From assembly GCA_052390515.1 (NCBI GenBank), contig JBQTGV010000005.1:1-64000 (forward strand): a stretch of DNA of 64,000 bases. Direction: 5' to 3'. Position numbers and translations under genes: made by a program. The notes beneath the pieces were generated by a model that had not been told where the DNA came from, made no database searches, and saw nothing but the letters and a program-made list of their open reading frames with translations. Shown in pieces: positions 30,313-38,992 of this stretch. Source of the DNA: Candidatus Eiseniibacteriota bacterium (GTDB lineage Bacteria > ARS69). Position 1 is the stretch's first letter; each line of letters opens with the position of its first letter.

Positions 30313-31563
30313 GTGACACGCACCGCGGCGCGCGTGGCCGAGCACACGTTTCGCCACGAGAGCGGGCGGATCGTCGCCGCGCTCACGCGGACGCTGGGCC
30401 CGGCGGGTCTCGAGCTCGCCGAGTCCGCGGTCCAGGAAGCGTTCGTCGCGGCGCTCCGCGTCTGGCCGATGCGCGGGATCCCGGAGCGGCCGGAAGCCTG
30501 GCTCTACCGCGCGGCGAGGAACCGTGCGCTGGACGAGCTGCGCCGCTCGACGCGGGCCGGAGACGCCGAAGGCCGGCTCCTGCGGGAGCTGGAGTCGGCG
30601 GTGGAGCCGGGCGGGGCGCACTTCTCCGGAGAGATCGTCGACGACGAGCTCCGGCTGATGTTCCTGTGCTGCCATCCGCGCCTGCCACGCGCCTCACGCG
30701 TGGCGCTGATGCTGCAGGTCGCGGCCGGGTTCTCCGCACGCGAGATCGCGCGCGCCTTCCGCGTTCCCGAGCCGACGATCGCGCAGCGCATCGTCCGGGC
30801 CAAGCGTGCGCTGCGTGACGCGGACGTGCCCCTCGCGCTTCCGCGGCGGGAGGACGTCGGCGGTCGGCTGGAGGCCGTGCTCGACGCGCTCTACCTCGTG
30901 TTCAACGAGGGCTACACGCTGAGAGACGGCGACGCCGCGGCGCGGATCGAGCTCGCGGAGGAAGCCATCCGCCTCACCCGCCTCGTCCTGGGACATCCGG
31001 CCGGCCGTGAGCCGCACGTGCACGCGCTGCTCTCGCTGCTGCTGCTGCAATCGTCGCGGACGGCAGCCCGGATCGGCGCGGACGGCGCGGCGGTGCCGCT
31101 CGGCGAGCAGGACCGTTCGCGGTGGGATCGGGCGCGGATCGACGAGGGGCTGGATGCGCTGGCGGCCGCCGGGCGGGGGCCCGCGGTCACCGAGTACCAC
31201 CTGCTGGCCGGCATCGCGGCGTGTCATGCAGCGGCCGCGCATCCCGCGTCCACCGACTGGCGCCGCATTCTGGATTGCTACGACGAGCTGGTGGCAAGCG
31301 GCGGCGGCGATCTCGTCCTGCTGAACCGCGCGGTGGCGCTCGGCCGGGCGAACGGCGCAGACGAAGGGCTCGCTGCGCTCGACGAGCTGACCCGGTCCGC
31401 GGCCCTGGCCGGCGAGGCGGCGCTCCCGGCGGCGCGGGCCGACGCGCTGGACCGGCTCGGCCGTAGCGAGGAGGCATGCGCCGAGTGGGCGCGGGCCGCG
31501 GATCTCGCCGGCAGCGAGCCCGAGCGGCGCTACTTCGCGAAGAGGGCCGGCCGCCTGCGGTGA
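30313..31563 (+). CDS. ECF sigma factor, ECF42 group (DUF6596/TPR C-terminal extension)
   Basis: LAESAVQEAF..AL..WP, LRLMFLCCHP, AQRIVRAK, LYLVFNEGY, QDRSRWD; follows the DGPF gene. Confidence 0.92.
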   Translation: MTRTAARVAEHTFRHESGRIVAALTRTLGPAGLELAESAVQEAFVAALRVWPMRGIPERPEAWLYRAARNRALDELRRSTRAGDAEGRLLRELESAVEPGGAHFSGEIVDDELRLMFLCCHPRLPRASRVALMLQVAAGFSAREIARAFRVPEPTIAQRIVRAKRALRDADVPLALPRREDVGGRLEAVLDALYLVFNEGYTLRDGDAAARIELAEEAIRLTRLVLGHPAGREPHVHALLSLLLLQSSRTAARIGADGAAVPLGEQDRSRWDRARIDEGLDALAAAGRGPAVTEYHLLAGIAACHAAAAHPASTDWRRILDCYDELVASGGGDLVLLNRAVALGRANGADEGLAALDELTRSAALAGEAALPAARADALDRLGRSEEACAEWARAADLAGSEPERRYFAKRAGRLR

Positions 31564-33275
31564 TGGTCCGTCACGCTCTGGTACGCGACGCCGAGCGCCA
31601 GCAGGTCCTCCTCGCCGTCGAGGCTGCCGGTGATCGTGATGCTTGTCGGGGTGCCGTCCGAGCGGAATCCGTTCGGTAGGACGATCTGCGGATGTCCGGT
31701 GAGGTTGGTGAGCAGCAAGTTGTCGCCGCCGAAGGTCGGTGTGACATAAGCGTCGACACGCTCGAAGAGCTTCTCCATGTCGCGCATCAGGAGCGTTCGG
31801 ATGCGGTTCGCGCGGATGTACTCGACGGCGGGGATGAGCTGACCCTGGCGGAACACGTTGGGCCAGGCGTGCCGCTCCTGGCGCACGAGCAGGTCGTCCT
31901 TGCCGCTGCGGGTCAGCTCGTCGAACGCCGCGGCCGCCTCCGCGGTGAGGATGAGCGAAAGCGCCGTCACCGGCACGTCCTTCGGCAGCTCGATCGGGAT
32001 CAGCTCGTAGCCGAGGCCCTCCAGCTCGCGGAGCGTATCGCGGTCGATCTCCTCCCACTCCTTCGCCGCGCGGCGCTCGGCCGCGGCCTCGGCGTTCTGC
32101 GCATCGCCCTCGATCTCCGACGCGCGGTCCTCTTCGAAGAGCGAGGGCACGAAGCCCACGCGCGGCCGCCGCCCGCCCTTGCCCGGCCACGAGAACGCGG
32201 CGTCCCGGGCGGCGGGATCCAGGCCGTCCGCGCCGCGAACGGCGTCGAAGATCCGGGCGCAGTCTTCCAGGCTCCGCGCCATCGGACCGATCTTGTCCAT
32301 ACTCCAGGACAGCGCCATGCATCCGTGCCGGCTCACGCGCCCGAACGTGGGGCGAAGACCGGAGACGCCGCAGCGCGTGCACGGCGACACGATGCTGCCC
32401 CATGTCTCGGTGCCGATGGCGAATCCGACGAGGCCGGCGGCGGTGGCGGCGCCCGGACCGGCCGACGACCCGCTCGATCCCTGCTCCGTGTTCCAAGGAC
32501 TCTTCGTCGTGCCGCCGAACCACACGTCGCCCCAGGCCAGCTCACCGACGGAGAGCTTCGCCAGAAGCGGCGCGCCGGCCTCGTCCAGGTGGCGCACCAC
32601 GGTGGCGGTGTCGTCGCGCACTTGATCTTCGTACGCTTTCGAGCCCCACGTCGTGCGCTGGCCCGCGACGGAGAGCAGATCCTTCGCGCCCCAGGGAATG
32701 CCGTCCAGCGGACCGCGCGTGTCGCCCGAGGCGATGCGCCGGTCGGCGGCGGCCGCGGCCTCGCGCGCCCGCTCCTCGGTCCGCGAGATCACGCAGCGCA
32801 ACACCGGGTCGTGCGCCTCGAGTCGGCGAAGGTAGAGCTCGGTCAGCTCGGACGACGAGATCTTGCGCCGGCGAAGCCAGGTGGCCAGCTCGGAGATCGT
32901 CGCGAAGGCGATGTCGGCCTCGCCGGACGGCGGCTCGAGACCGCGCAGCGGCCGCCACGAAGTTCCGGCGGCACGTGACCGTCGCGCGGGCGCAGCTGCC
33001 GAGGCCGGCGGTGATGCCGGCACCGGATGGAAGCGCAGAGCCGGCGGAACCGAGTTGTCCAGCGCGACGCCGCGGAGCTTCGCCCATTCCGCGAGCGCTT
33101 CGCCCAGGTCCTCGAGCATGAGCTCGCGGTCGGCGTCGGTCAGCTCCAGCCCGGCGATCCACTCCGCGCCGCGGATCATCTCCGGGGAGACGCGGGCTTC
33201 CTCGGCCAGCGCGGAGGCTATTCGGCCGGAGACTCCGGTCACGGCCAGTGCCTTGAGCATGTCGCGTCGGGTCAT
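31530..33275 (-). CDS. Amidase-signature enzyme with Tat signal peptide
   Basis: MTRRDMLK twin-Arg; GIPWGAKDL, GSSGSSAG, GTETWGSIVSP, GLRPTFGRVS, LSWSMDKIGP. Confidence 0.9.
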   Translation of the reverse strand: MTRRDMLKALAVTGVSGRIASALAEEARVSPEMIRGAEWIAGLELTDADRELMLEDLGEALAEWAKLRGVALDNSVPPALRFHPVPASPPASAAAPARRSRAAGTSWRPLRGLEPPSGEADIAFATISELATWLRRRKISSSELTELYLRRLEAHDPVLRCVISRTEERAREAAAAADRRIASGDTRGPLDGIPWGAKDLLSVAGQRTTWGSKAYEDQVRDDTATVVRHLDEAGAPLLAKLSVGELAWGDVWFGGTTKSPWNTEQGSSGSSAGPGAATAAGLVGFAIGTETWGSIVSPCTRCGVSGLRPTFGRVSRHGCMALSWSMDKIGPMARSLEDCARIFDAVRGADGLDPAARDAAFSWPGKGGRRPRVGFVPSLFEEDRASEIEGDAQNAEAAAERRAAKEWEEIDRDTLRELEGLGYELIPIELPKDVPVTALSLILTAEAAAAFDELTRSGKDDLLVRQERHAWPNVFRQGQLIPAVEYIRANRIRTLLMRDMEKLFERVDAYVTPTFGGDNLLLTNLTGHPQIVLPNGFRSDGTPTSITITGSLDGEEDLLALGVAYQSVTDHHRRRPALFAK

Positions 33276-33316
33276 CGAACGAGGTTCCTCGCGCCGCCGC
33301 TCGGAGTCAAGACGCC

Positions 33317-33568
33317 TCACCCCTCCGCATGCACGTGCTCGAGCGTCCACTGGCACGACCGTGGCTGGAAGCAGATCTCGTAGTACTCGCGCGTGCCGAC
33401 CCCGACGGAGAAGAAGTGCGCACGCTCCTCGCCGGTCCGCTTGATCCACGTTCCGGTGATCTCCGCCACGGTGAAGACGCGGCCGCGCCAGCGGAAGCGG
33501 ATCGGCTGGATCTTCCCCTCCACGAACTTCGAAAGCACCTCGATGGGCTCCTGGACCTTCTCGATCAC
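33317..33568 (-). CDS. DUF6504-like small protein
   Basis: EPIEV..P.RFRWRGRVFTV..I.GTW..YEI..W.LE.V pattern; GGAGGAG RBS before GTG. Confidence 0.72.
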   Translation of the reverse strand: MIEKVQEPIEVLSKFVEGKIQPIRFRWRGRVFTVAEITGTWIKRTGEERAHFFSVGVGTREYYEICFQPRSCQWTLEHVHAEG

Positions 33569-33776
33569 GGATCTCTCCTCCCGGAAGCCTCACGCCGCCG
33601 TCTCCCCGGAGACGGCGGTTCCGCGCCAAGCCCGGCGCGAAGATACCAGACTAATGTCTGGCTCTTCCAGCGCCGAGAGCGGCGAGTCTCGCAAAGAGGA
33701 CACTCGCCGAGGACATGTCCGCATTCGAGGACGGAGCGAGGCGCTGCCTGCGCCAGCTCCAGCGTCGGCTCGATCC

Positions 33777-33848
33777 AGTCAACCGATTGTCTTGAAACGA
33801 CTTGGTATTCCTCGCCGGCATTGGGCGAAGTTCGGCACCACGCTTGCT
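33777..33848 (+). promoter_or_regulatory. Candidate sigma54 -24/-12 promoter with upstream IHF-like site
   Basis: TCGGCAC-CACGC-TTGCT with GG 33834-35 and GC 33846-47 (exact N10 spacing); AGTCAACCGATTG 33777-33789 is one mismatch from WATCAANNNNTTR. Confidence 0.6.
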
Positions 33849-33858
33849 TTGCTTCCGC

Positions 33859-34000
33859 GGCGACGAGGGGCTCGCCTCCTCAGAGGGCCGGTGCTCGGAG
33901 GTGTGCTCGGCTCTACGTGGCGGTTCGGCCCCTCTCTTCGAGAGCGCGGCATTCGCCGCACAGGATCAAGGGGCGGAGTCTTGGCCACTCCGCCCCTTTC
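33859..34000 (+). ncRNA. Candidate small structured RNA, family unknown
   Basis: Lies between the sigma54-like promoter and a strong terminator; several internal hairpins; no credible CDS. Confidence 0.4.
33968..34000. terminator. Rho-independent terminator, possibly bidirectional
   Basis: Perfect 12-bp stem AAGGGGCGGAGT / ACTCCGCCCCTT with 7-nt loop, ending TTTC on +. Confidence 0.8.
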
Positions 34001-34035
34001 ACGTTTCCGCTCCGCGTCATCGATCGACAGCCGTC

Positions 34036-35229
34036 TCAGAAGTACGTCGCGACCCCGAGCTGCAGGGCGGCGTTCGCCGCGGGATTGTTGAAGCGATCGC
34101 GGGTCTCACCGCGCACCCAGGCGAGCTTGAGCGCCGTCTCCGGCACCGGCCGGAAGTTGACGCCCAGCGTGAGACTCCGGGATGAGTCACCGGCGACGTC
34201 GCGGTCGAAGTCGACGACATCAGCGCGCGCGGCCAGCGTGAACCGGGACCCCGGCATCGCAGTGATCCGATCTCGTCCGAACGACTTCGCCGCCTGCAAG
34301 TAGAGTCCGCCCTGTCGGGACGCGAAGACTCCGGCGAGCGCCGGCGGAACGTCGAGTCGCACGATCGCCGCCTCGCCCGAGAGCACGATGCCGAGGACGC
34401 TCGTCTCCGCGTCGAGTGCGCCGACCCCGAGATCCTGGCGCGCCCCGACCTCGAGTCCCTCGACGCGGTAGGTGTTCCACGCTCCGTGATAGCCGGACAC
34501 ACCGACCGCCGCCCGCTCGAAGCTCCACTGGATCCTTCCGACCCACGCCGGCGAGGCGTTCTCGTCCTCGTGGTTCCGCCTGCCTGCGGGAAGCCGCGTT
34601 CCCTCCGCCGAGCTCGTCACGATCCCGTCGTGGTAACCGGTCACTCCGTACGCCTCGTAGGTGAACTGCGAGCCGCCCGGCGCTTCGAACGCCCCGAAGA
34701 GCCCCATGCCGGGCTGCGAAAGCGCCACGCCGAGCAGTTCCGACGCCACCGCGGGCCGACCGGGCAGCTCGTTGCGCGGCGCGTCGTGAGCGAGATTGAA
34801 GCGCCCGAGCGGCAGCAGGACGATCCCCGCGCGGACGCTTGCGGCGCGGTCCAGCGTCAGGTCGACCTGCGCCAGCTCGACGGTGACTTCCTCCCCGCCC
34901 TCCTCGAACTCGAGCTCGCTGAAGATGTGCACCCGCTCGCGGATGTCGGTAGCCACGAGCAGATTCCAGCGCGTGAGCTGCACGCCGAGCGCGCCGGTGG
35001 CGCCTTCCTCGCGCTCCCAGGCTGCGTTCGCCTCGAGGTATCCGCCGACCGAGATGCGCCCGAAGATCCCCTCGAGATACGGCTTGTCGTCGTAGCCGCC
35101 CGGCACGAAGGGCCTCTGCCGCGCGACCGATGTGTCGGCGGCCTGCGCCTCGGCGGCCTGCGCCCGGCAGGACGTCGCCACGAGGGCACCCAGGCAGCCG
35201 ACGATCGCCACCGTCGTGAAGCCGCTCAC
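34036..35229 (-). CDS. Porin-like outer-membrane beta-barrel
   Basis: GTG 35229 overlapping the DHOR stop; signal peptide; VGGYLE, FSELEFE, VRAGIVLLPLGRFNLAH, LGVNFRP, terminal GVATYF. Confidence 0.8.
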   Translation of the reverse strand: MSGFTTVAIVGCLGALVATSCRAQAAEAQAADTSVARQRPFVPGGYDDKPYLEGIFGRISVGGYLEANAAWEREEGATGALGVQLTRWNLLVATDIRERVHIFSELEFEEGGEEVTVELAQVDLTLDRAASVRAGIVLLPLGRFNLAHDAPRNELPGRPAVASELLGVALSQPGMGLFGAFEAPGGSQFTYEAYGVTGYHDGIVTSSAEGTRLPAGRRNHEDENASPAWVGRIQWSFERAAVGVSGYHGAWNTYRVEGLEVGARQDLGVGALDAETSVLGIVLSGEAAIVRLDVPPALAGVFASRQGGLYLQAAKSFGRDRITAMPGSRFTLAARADVVDFDRDVAGDSSRSLTLGVNFRPVPETALKLAWVRGETRDRFNNPAANAALQLGVATYF

Positions 35230-36440
35230 CGGGACTCCACGAAGTCGAGCAGCGCCGCCCGATCCGCCGCCGGAAGCGTGGCGAAGGCGTCGCGAGCCGC
35301 CTGCGCCTCGCCGCCGTGCAGGAGGATGGCCTCTTCGACGCTGCGCGCGCGCCCGTCGTGCAGCAGGAACGCGTCGCCGTCCAGGAACTCGCGCAGGAGG
35401 CGCAGCCCCCAGAGAGGCGTCGTCCGCCATTCGCGCCCGTCCGCGTCTCCGTCGCCCCGATAGTCGGCGAGCCCATCGCCCATGTCGTGCAGGAGCAGGT
35501 CCGAGTAGAGCGTCACGTCCCGGTCGGCCAGCGCCTCCACCGTGCTCGGTCCGGTTCGAAGCGTCGGGACGTGGCAGCTCGCGCAGCCGACGGCGCCGAA
35601 CACGGCCGAGCCCCGCTCGCGCGAGGCGTTCCAGTCTCCCGGTTCCGGCGGTGCGAGCAGACGCAGGTAGTTCACGACGGACAGCACGGTGCTCGCCGGG
35701 ATCTCGGGATCCGCCACACGGTCCGCCGCCTCGGTGGGAATGGAGGCGAGCGGGTTGCGAATCTCGTCCGGCCGGAAGTCGGTCGTGATGCCCATGTCCT
35801 GGTGATAGGCATCGACCGTCTGCTGAAGCAGGCTGGACACCTGAGCCTTGCGACCGAATCGTCCGAGCTCCTGCGCGGAGGCACCCCCCGGCTCGTGCGC
35901 AGGCACGAACGGCGCCGGCGAAACCCAGTTGGGGCGTCCGGAGATGCCGTCGCCATCGGCATCGGCCGGGTCGGCGCGGCTCAGGACGTCGGCCACCGGA
36001 ACCGCCTCGATGAGCCCGACCCCGAACACCGGCGGTGGCAGCCGGCGCGACACTTCCGCGCCCGGCGGAAGAGTCTCGGGCTGGGCTCCCGGAATCGCGC
36101 GATCCTGCACCTGCGGGCCGCCGAGCTCGGGCGAGGGATCGCCTCCGAAGCTGAAGCGCGTCAGCACGTTCTCGATCCGCCCGCGACCGTCTCCGCTGTG
36201 ACACGCGGCACACGAGACGTTGTTGAAGACCGGCCCGAGCCCTTCGTTCACCGCGAACGGCTTGCCGAACTGCTCATCGCCCTCGGCGAAAGCGGCCAGC
36301 TGGTCGGCGGTGAGACCATCGAACGGGGAGTCGAAGAGGTCGCCGGGGTCGGGCTCGCCGGTGATCAGTCCGTCGCAGGCTGCGGCGATGAGCGCGGCCA
36401 GGGAGAAGATCGTCTTGATCCGGCGCCGATTCTTGCGCAT
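35226..36440 (-). CDS. Di-heme oxidoreductase family (DHOR) lipoprotein
   Basis: Lipobox-like IAAAC; GLGPVFN..SCAACH..DGRG, GVGLIEAV, DADGDGISGR, GRFGRKA, CASCH, YSDLLLHDMG, WRTTPLWG, LHDGRA..EAILLHGGE. Confidence 0.92.
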   Translation of the reverse strand: MRKNRRRIKTIFSLAALIAAACDGLITGEPDPGDLFDSPFDGLTADQLAAFAEGDEQFGKPFAVNEGLGPVFNNVSCAACHSGDGRGRIENVLTRFSFGGDPSPELGGPQVQDRAIPGAQPETLPPGAEVSRRLPPPVFGVGLIEAVPVADVLSRADPADADGDGISGRPNWVSPAPFVPAHEPGGASAQELGRFGRKAQVSSLLQQTVDAYHQDMGITTDFRPDEIRNPLASIPTEAADRVADPEIPASTVLSVVNYLRLLAPPEPGDWNASRERGSAVFGAVGCASCHVPTLRTGPSTVEALADRDVTLYSDLLLHDMGDGLADYRGDGDADGREWRTTPLWGLRLLREFLDGDAFLLHDGRARSVEEAILLHGGEAQAARDAFATLPAADRAALLDFVESR

Positions 36441-36468
36441 GCCCGCTCCTTCGCCCTGAATGAGAATG

Positions 36469-36498
36469 TTAGTATAAACTAAACCTGATATTAGTCAA
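36469..36498 (-). promoter_or_regulatory. Sigma70 promoter overlapped by TTAG-N6-CTAA palindrome (DtxR/MntR-like operator)
   Basis: Minus strand TTGACT(36498-93)-N16-TATACT(36476-71); palindrome TTAGT-ATAA-ACTAA 36469-36482. Confidence 0.7.
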
Positions 36499-36700
36499 TC
36501 CTACATCGTGCCCGCCGTCCGCCGCCCATCAGCCGACGCGCGCCGGCCATCCGGCCGCCCGTCATCCCACGGCGCACCCCGCCATCCGCCGGTCCTCCCC
36601 GGTCGTATCTCCTTCGGAAACCTCGCAGCCGCGCCGGCGTTGAAGCACCAAGCGCGGCGCACCGTTGCCGGATCGGCGGACCTTGAGGAAAGTGGGGCGC

Positions 36701-37048
36701 ATGAACACCCTCTCCCGACTGCAATCGATCGCTTCCCCGCCCAGGGTGGGCGAACGGCGCCTCTCCCAGGTCGTCCGGGTCATCGTGGACGAGCGAGAGG
36801 GAATCGACCTGCCGAAGATCGCGCTGGCTCCGGGGGACCGTCTCATCGTGCTGAACCGCTCGGGCCGGACGCTTCGGGTCGCGCCGCTGGACTTCTTCGG
36901 GAGCGCGTTCTGCCGCTTCGCCCTGGAACCGGGCGAGGCCACTTCGCCCATGGTCGTTACCGGGCTGTGGTTCCAGGTCGAGTTGCTGGCCGGAGCGGAC
37001 CGGATCTACCCGCTCGACGTCGACCTCGTGCCCAACAACTCGCGCTGA
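36701..37048 (+). CDS. Hypothetical protein (small beta-rich domain)
   Basis: ATG 36701 after GAGGAAAG; protein-like composition; terminator immediately downstream. Confidence 0.6.
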   Translation: MNTLSRLQSIASPPRVGERRLSQVVRVIVDEREGIDLPKIALAPGDRLIVLNRSGRTLRVAPLDFFGSAFCRFALEPGEATSPMVVTGLWFQVELLAGADRIYPLDVDLVPNNSR

Positions 37049-37055
37049 CGCGACG

Positions 37056-37085
37056 AGGCCCCGGATCTTTCTCGATCCGGGGCCT
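37056..37085 (+). terminator. Terminator-like hairpin
   Basis: 12-bp stem AGGCCCCGGATC / GATCCGGGGCCT, 7 nt after the stop. Confidence 0.7.
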
Positions 37086-37417
37086 TCGTGCTTCCTTCAG
37101 GCCGTCCGGGGTTTCGTGCTGCTTCGCAGCTCCTCCGCCTGCACTTTCAGCGCCTCCCACGCTTCCGCGAAGCGGTCGTGGATCCGGCGTTGACGGAGAA
37201 CCCGCTTGCGCGGCTGCCCGCCGCGCACCCAGGGCCTCTTTCGCATGGGCACAGCCCCTGCGTCCCCGCGACCGCTCGAGCGCACGCCGGGGACTCTGGC
37301 GCGACACCCGATGACGCGATGGAATTCAACCGGGCAGACACCGAACCCGGTTGCGGGGCACACTAGGGCGAGCATCACCCATCGTCAAGGAAACGAACAC
37401 CATATCGAGTGGCAGGC

Positions 37418-38992
37418 ATGGCGAAGCAACACAACCCCTGGGGGTGGGACGTCACGGCGCGCGTCCTCGCCGCCGCACCGATCGCCGGCGGGCTCGTCGT
37501 GCTCGCGGCGGTTTGGAACGCGGGACGCGCGGCGAACGCGGGACCGCTCGGGTTCCGGCTGGACGACGCCTGGATCCATCTCGTGTACGGCCGCGGCCTG
37601 CTCGAGAACGGATTCCTCGCCTACGTCGACGGAGAGCCGTCGACGGGCTGCACGTCGCCGCTGTGGGCGCTCTGTCTCGCGGCGGTGCACGCCGTCGCCG
37701 GACCCGGCGTCGACTCGATCGTCCGCGGAGTGCTGGTCCTCGGCGCGCTCCTTCACCTGGGCGGGATCGTCGGGGCCACGCGGCTGGGCTTCGCCCTGAC
37801 CGGATGCCGCGCGGCCGGAGCCGCGGCGGGAACCCTCATGGCCGCTGCCACGCCCGTAGCGGCCGCGGCGTTCTCGGGCATGGAAGTGGCGCTCGCCGGA
37901 ACGCTCACTCTCTTCGCCATGGACGCCGTCGCCCGGCGAAGGTGGAGTGCGGCCGGCTGGCTGCTCGCTCTGGCCGCGCTCGCCCGGCCGGAGGCGGCGG
38001 TCCTTTCGCTTCTCGCCGCCACGCTCGTGACGCCGCGACGCACCGCGCTCTTCGCCCGGCTGCTCCTGCCGCCGGTCTTCGCCGCAGCGCTCGTCGCCGC
38101 GCACCACCTCGGGGCCTCGGGCTCGGCGCTCCCGGCCACGTTCCACGCGAAGGCGGCCGTGTCCCTCGCCGCGCTGCCCCATCGCCTCGTCGTCGTGCTC
38201 CGCGACATGATGCCCGGAATCCCGCCCTTCGCCGCCGGGCTCGGCTGGATCGCGCTGCTGGGGCTGGCGACCCGCCGCGACCTCGCGCTCCCGTTCCTGG
38301 CCGGTGCGGCCCTGCTGCTCGCGAACCTCGTGCTGATCGATCCGGTCGATCCGGCCGCGTTCTACCACCTTCGCTACGTGCTGCCGGCCCTGCCGCTGCT
38401 GCTCGTGGCTCTGGCGGTCGGAGCGCGCGCGCTGGGCGACCGGCTCCGCGGCCGTCTCGTCTACGCGCCGCTCGCCGTGCTGCTCGCGCTGGCGGCCGCC
38501 GGCGCCGCTACGACCGCGGGCCCGGTCAGCCGGCACCTGCACAACGACGTGCGCAACATCAACGAGGTACAGCGCGCGATCGGCGAATGGCTCGCGGCGA
38601 ACCTGCCGGCGGGCACCCGAGTGGCCGCGTCGGACGCGGGCGCGGTGCGCTACTTCTCCCGGCTGCCCGTGATCGACGTGCTCGGGCTGAACACGCCCCA
38701 GATGCTGGCGAATGACGAGGGGTTCCTCAGCGCCCATCCCGTCGGCGCCGTCGTGCTGATGCCCGCATGGTTCCGGCCGGCGGACGGTGCCGGGCCGCTC
38801 GTCGCGGTCTTCGCCGCGGAGACGGCGGATTACACGGTGACATCGAACCCGCAGATGGCACGTCAGGTGGTGCTCTCGGCCGCACCCGGCGCGACGAGCC
38901 GCGTGCGCGCTCGCTTCGTCGGATTCCGGAGCTTCGAGGTCGACGTGGATCCCCCCGGTACTACGCGGCGGAATCTCCCTTCCGGTACGTGA
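37418..38992 (+). CDS. GT-C-fold-like polytopic membrane glycosyltransferase
   Basis: LDDAWIHLVYGR..GEPSTGCTSPLW, SGME, LARPEA, RYVLP, DAGAVRYFS..VIDVLGL. Confidence 0.7.
   Translation: MAKQHNPWGWDVTARVLAAAPIAGGLVVLAAVWNAGRAANAGPLGFRLDDAWIHLVYGRGLLENGFLAYVDGEPSTGCTSPLWALCLAAVHAVAGPGVDSIVRGVLVLGALLHLGGIVGATRLGFALTGCRAAGAAAGTLMAAATPVAAAAFSGMEVALAGTLTLFAMDAVARRRWSAAGWLLALAALARPEAAVLSLLAATLVTPRRTALFARLLLPPVFAAALVAAHHLGASGSALPATFHAKAAVSLAALPHRLVVVLRDMMPGIPPFAAGLGWIALLGLATRRDLALPFLAGAALLLANLVLIDPVDPAAFYHLRYVLPALPLLLVALAVGARALGDRLRGRLVYAPLAVLLALAAAGAATTAGPVSRHLHNDVRNINEVQRAIGEWLAANLPAGTRVAASDAGAVRYFSRLPVIDVLGLNTPQMLANDEGFLSAHPVGAVVLMPAWFRPADGAGPLVAVFAAETADYTVTSNPQMARQVVLSAAPGATSRVRARFVGFRSFEVDVDPPGTTRRNLPSGT

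Noticed and set aside
31530-33275. Amidase as gatA
   Set aside because: Has a Tat signal, lacks the GSDTGGSIRQP GatA motif, and has no gatB/gatC neighbours.
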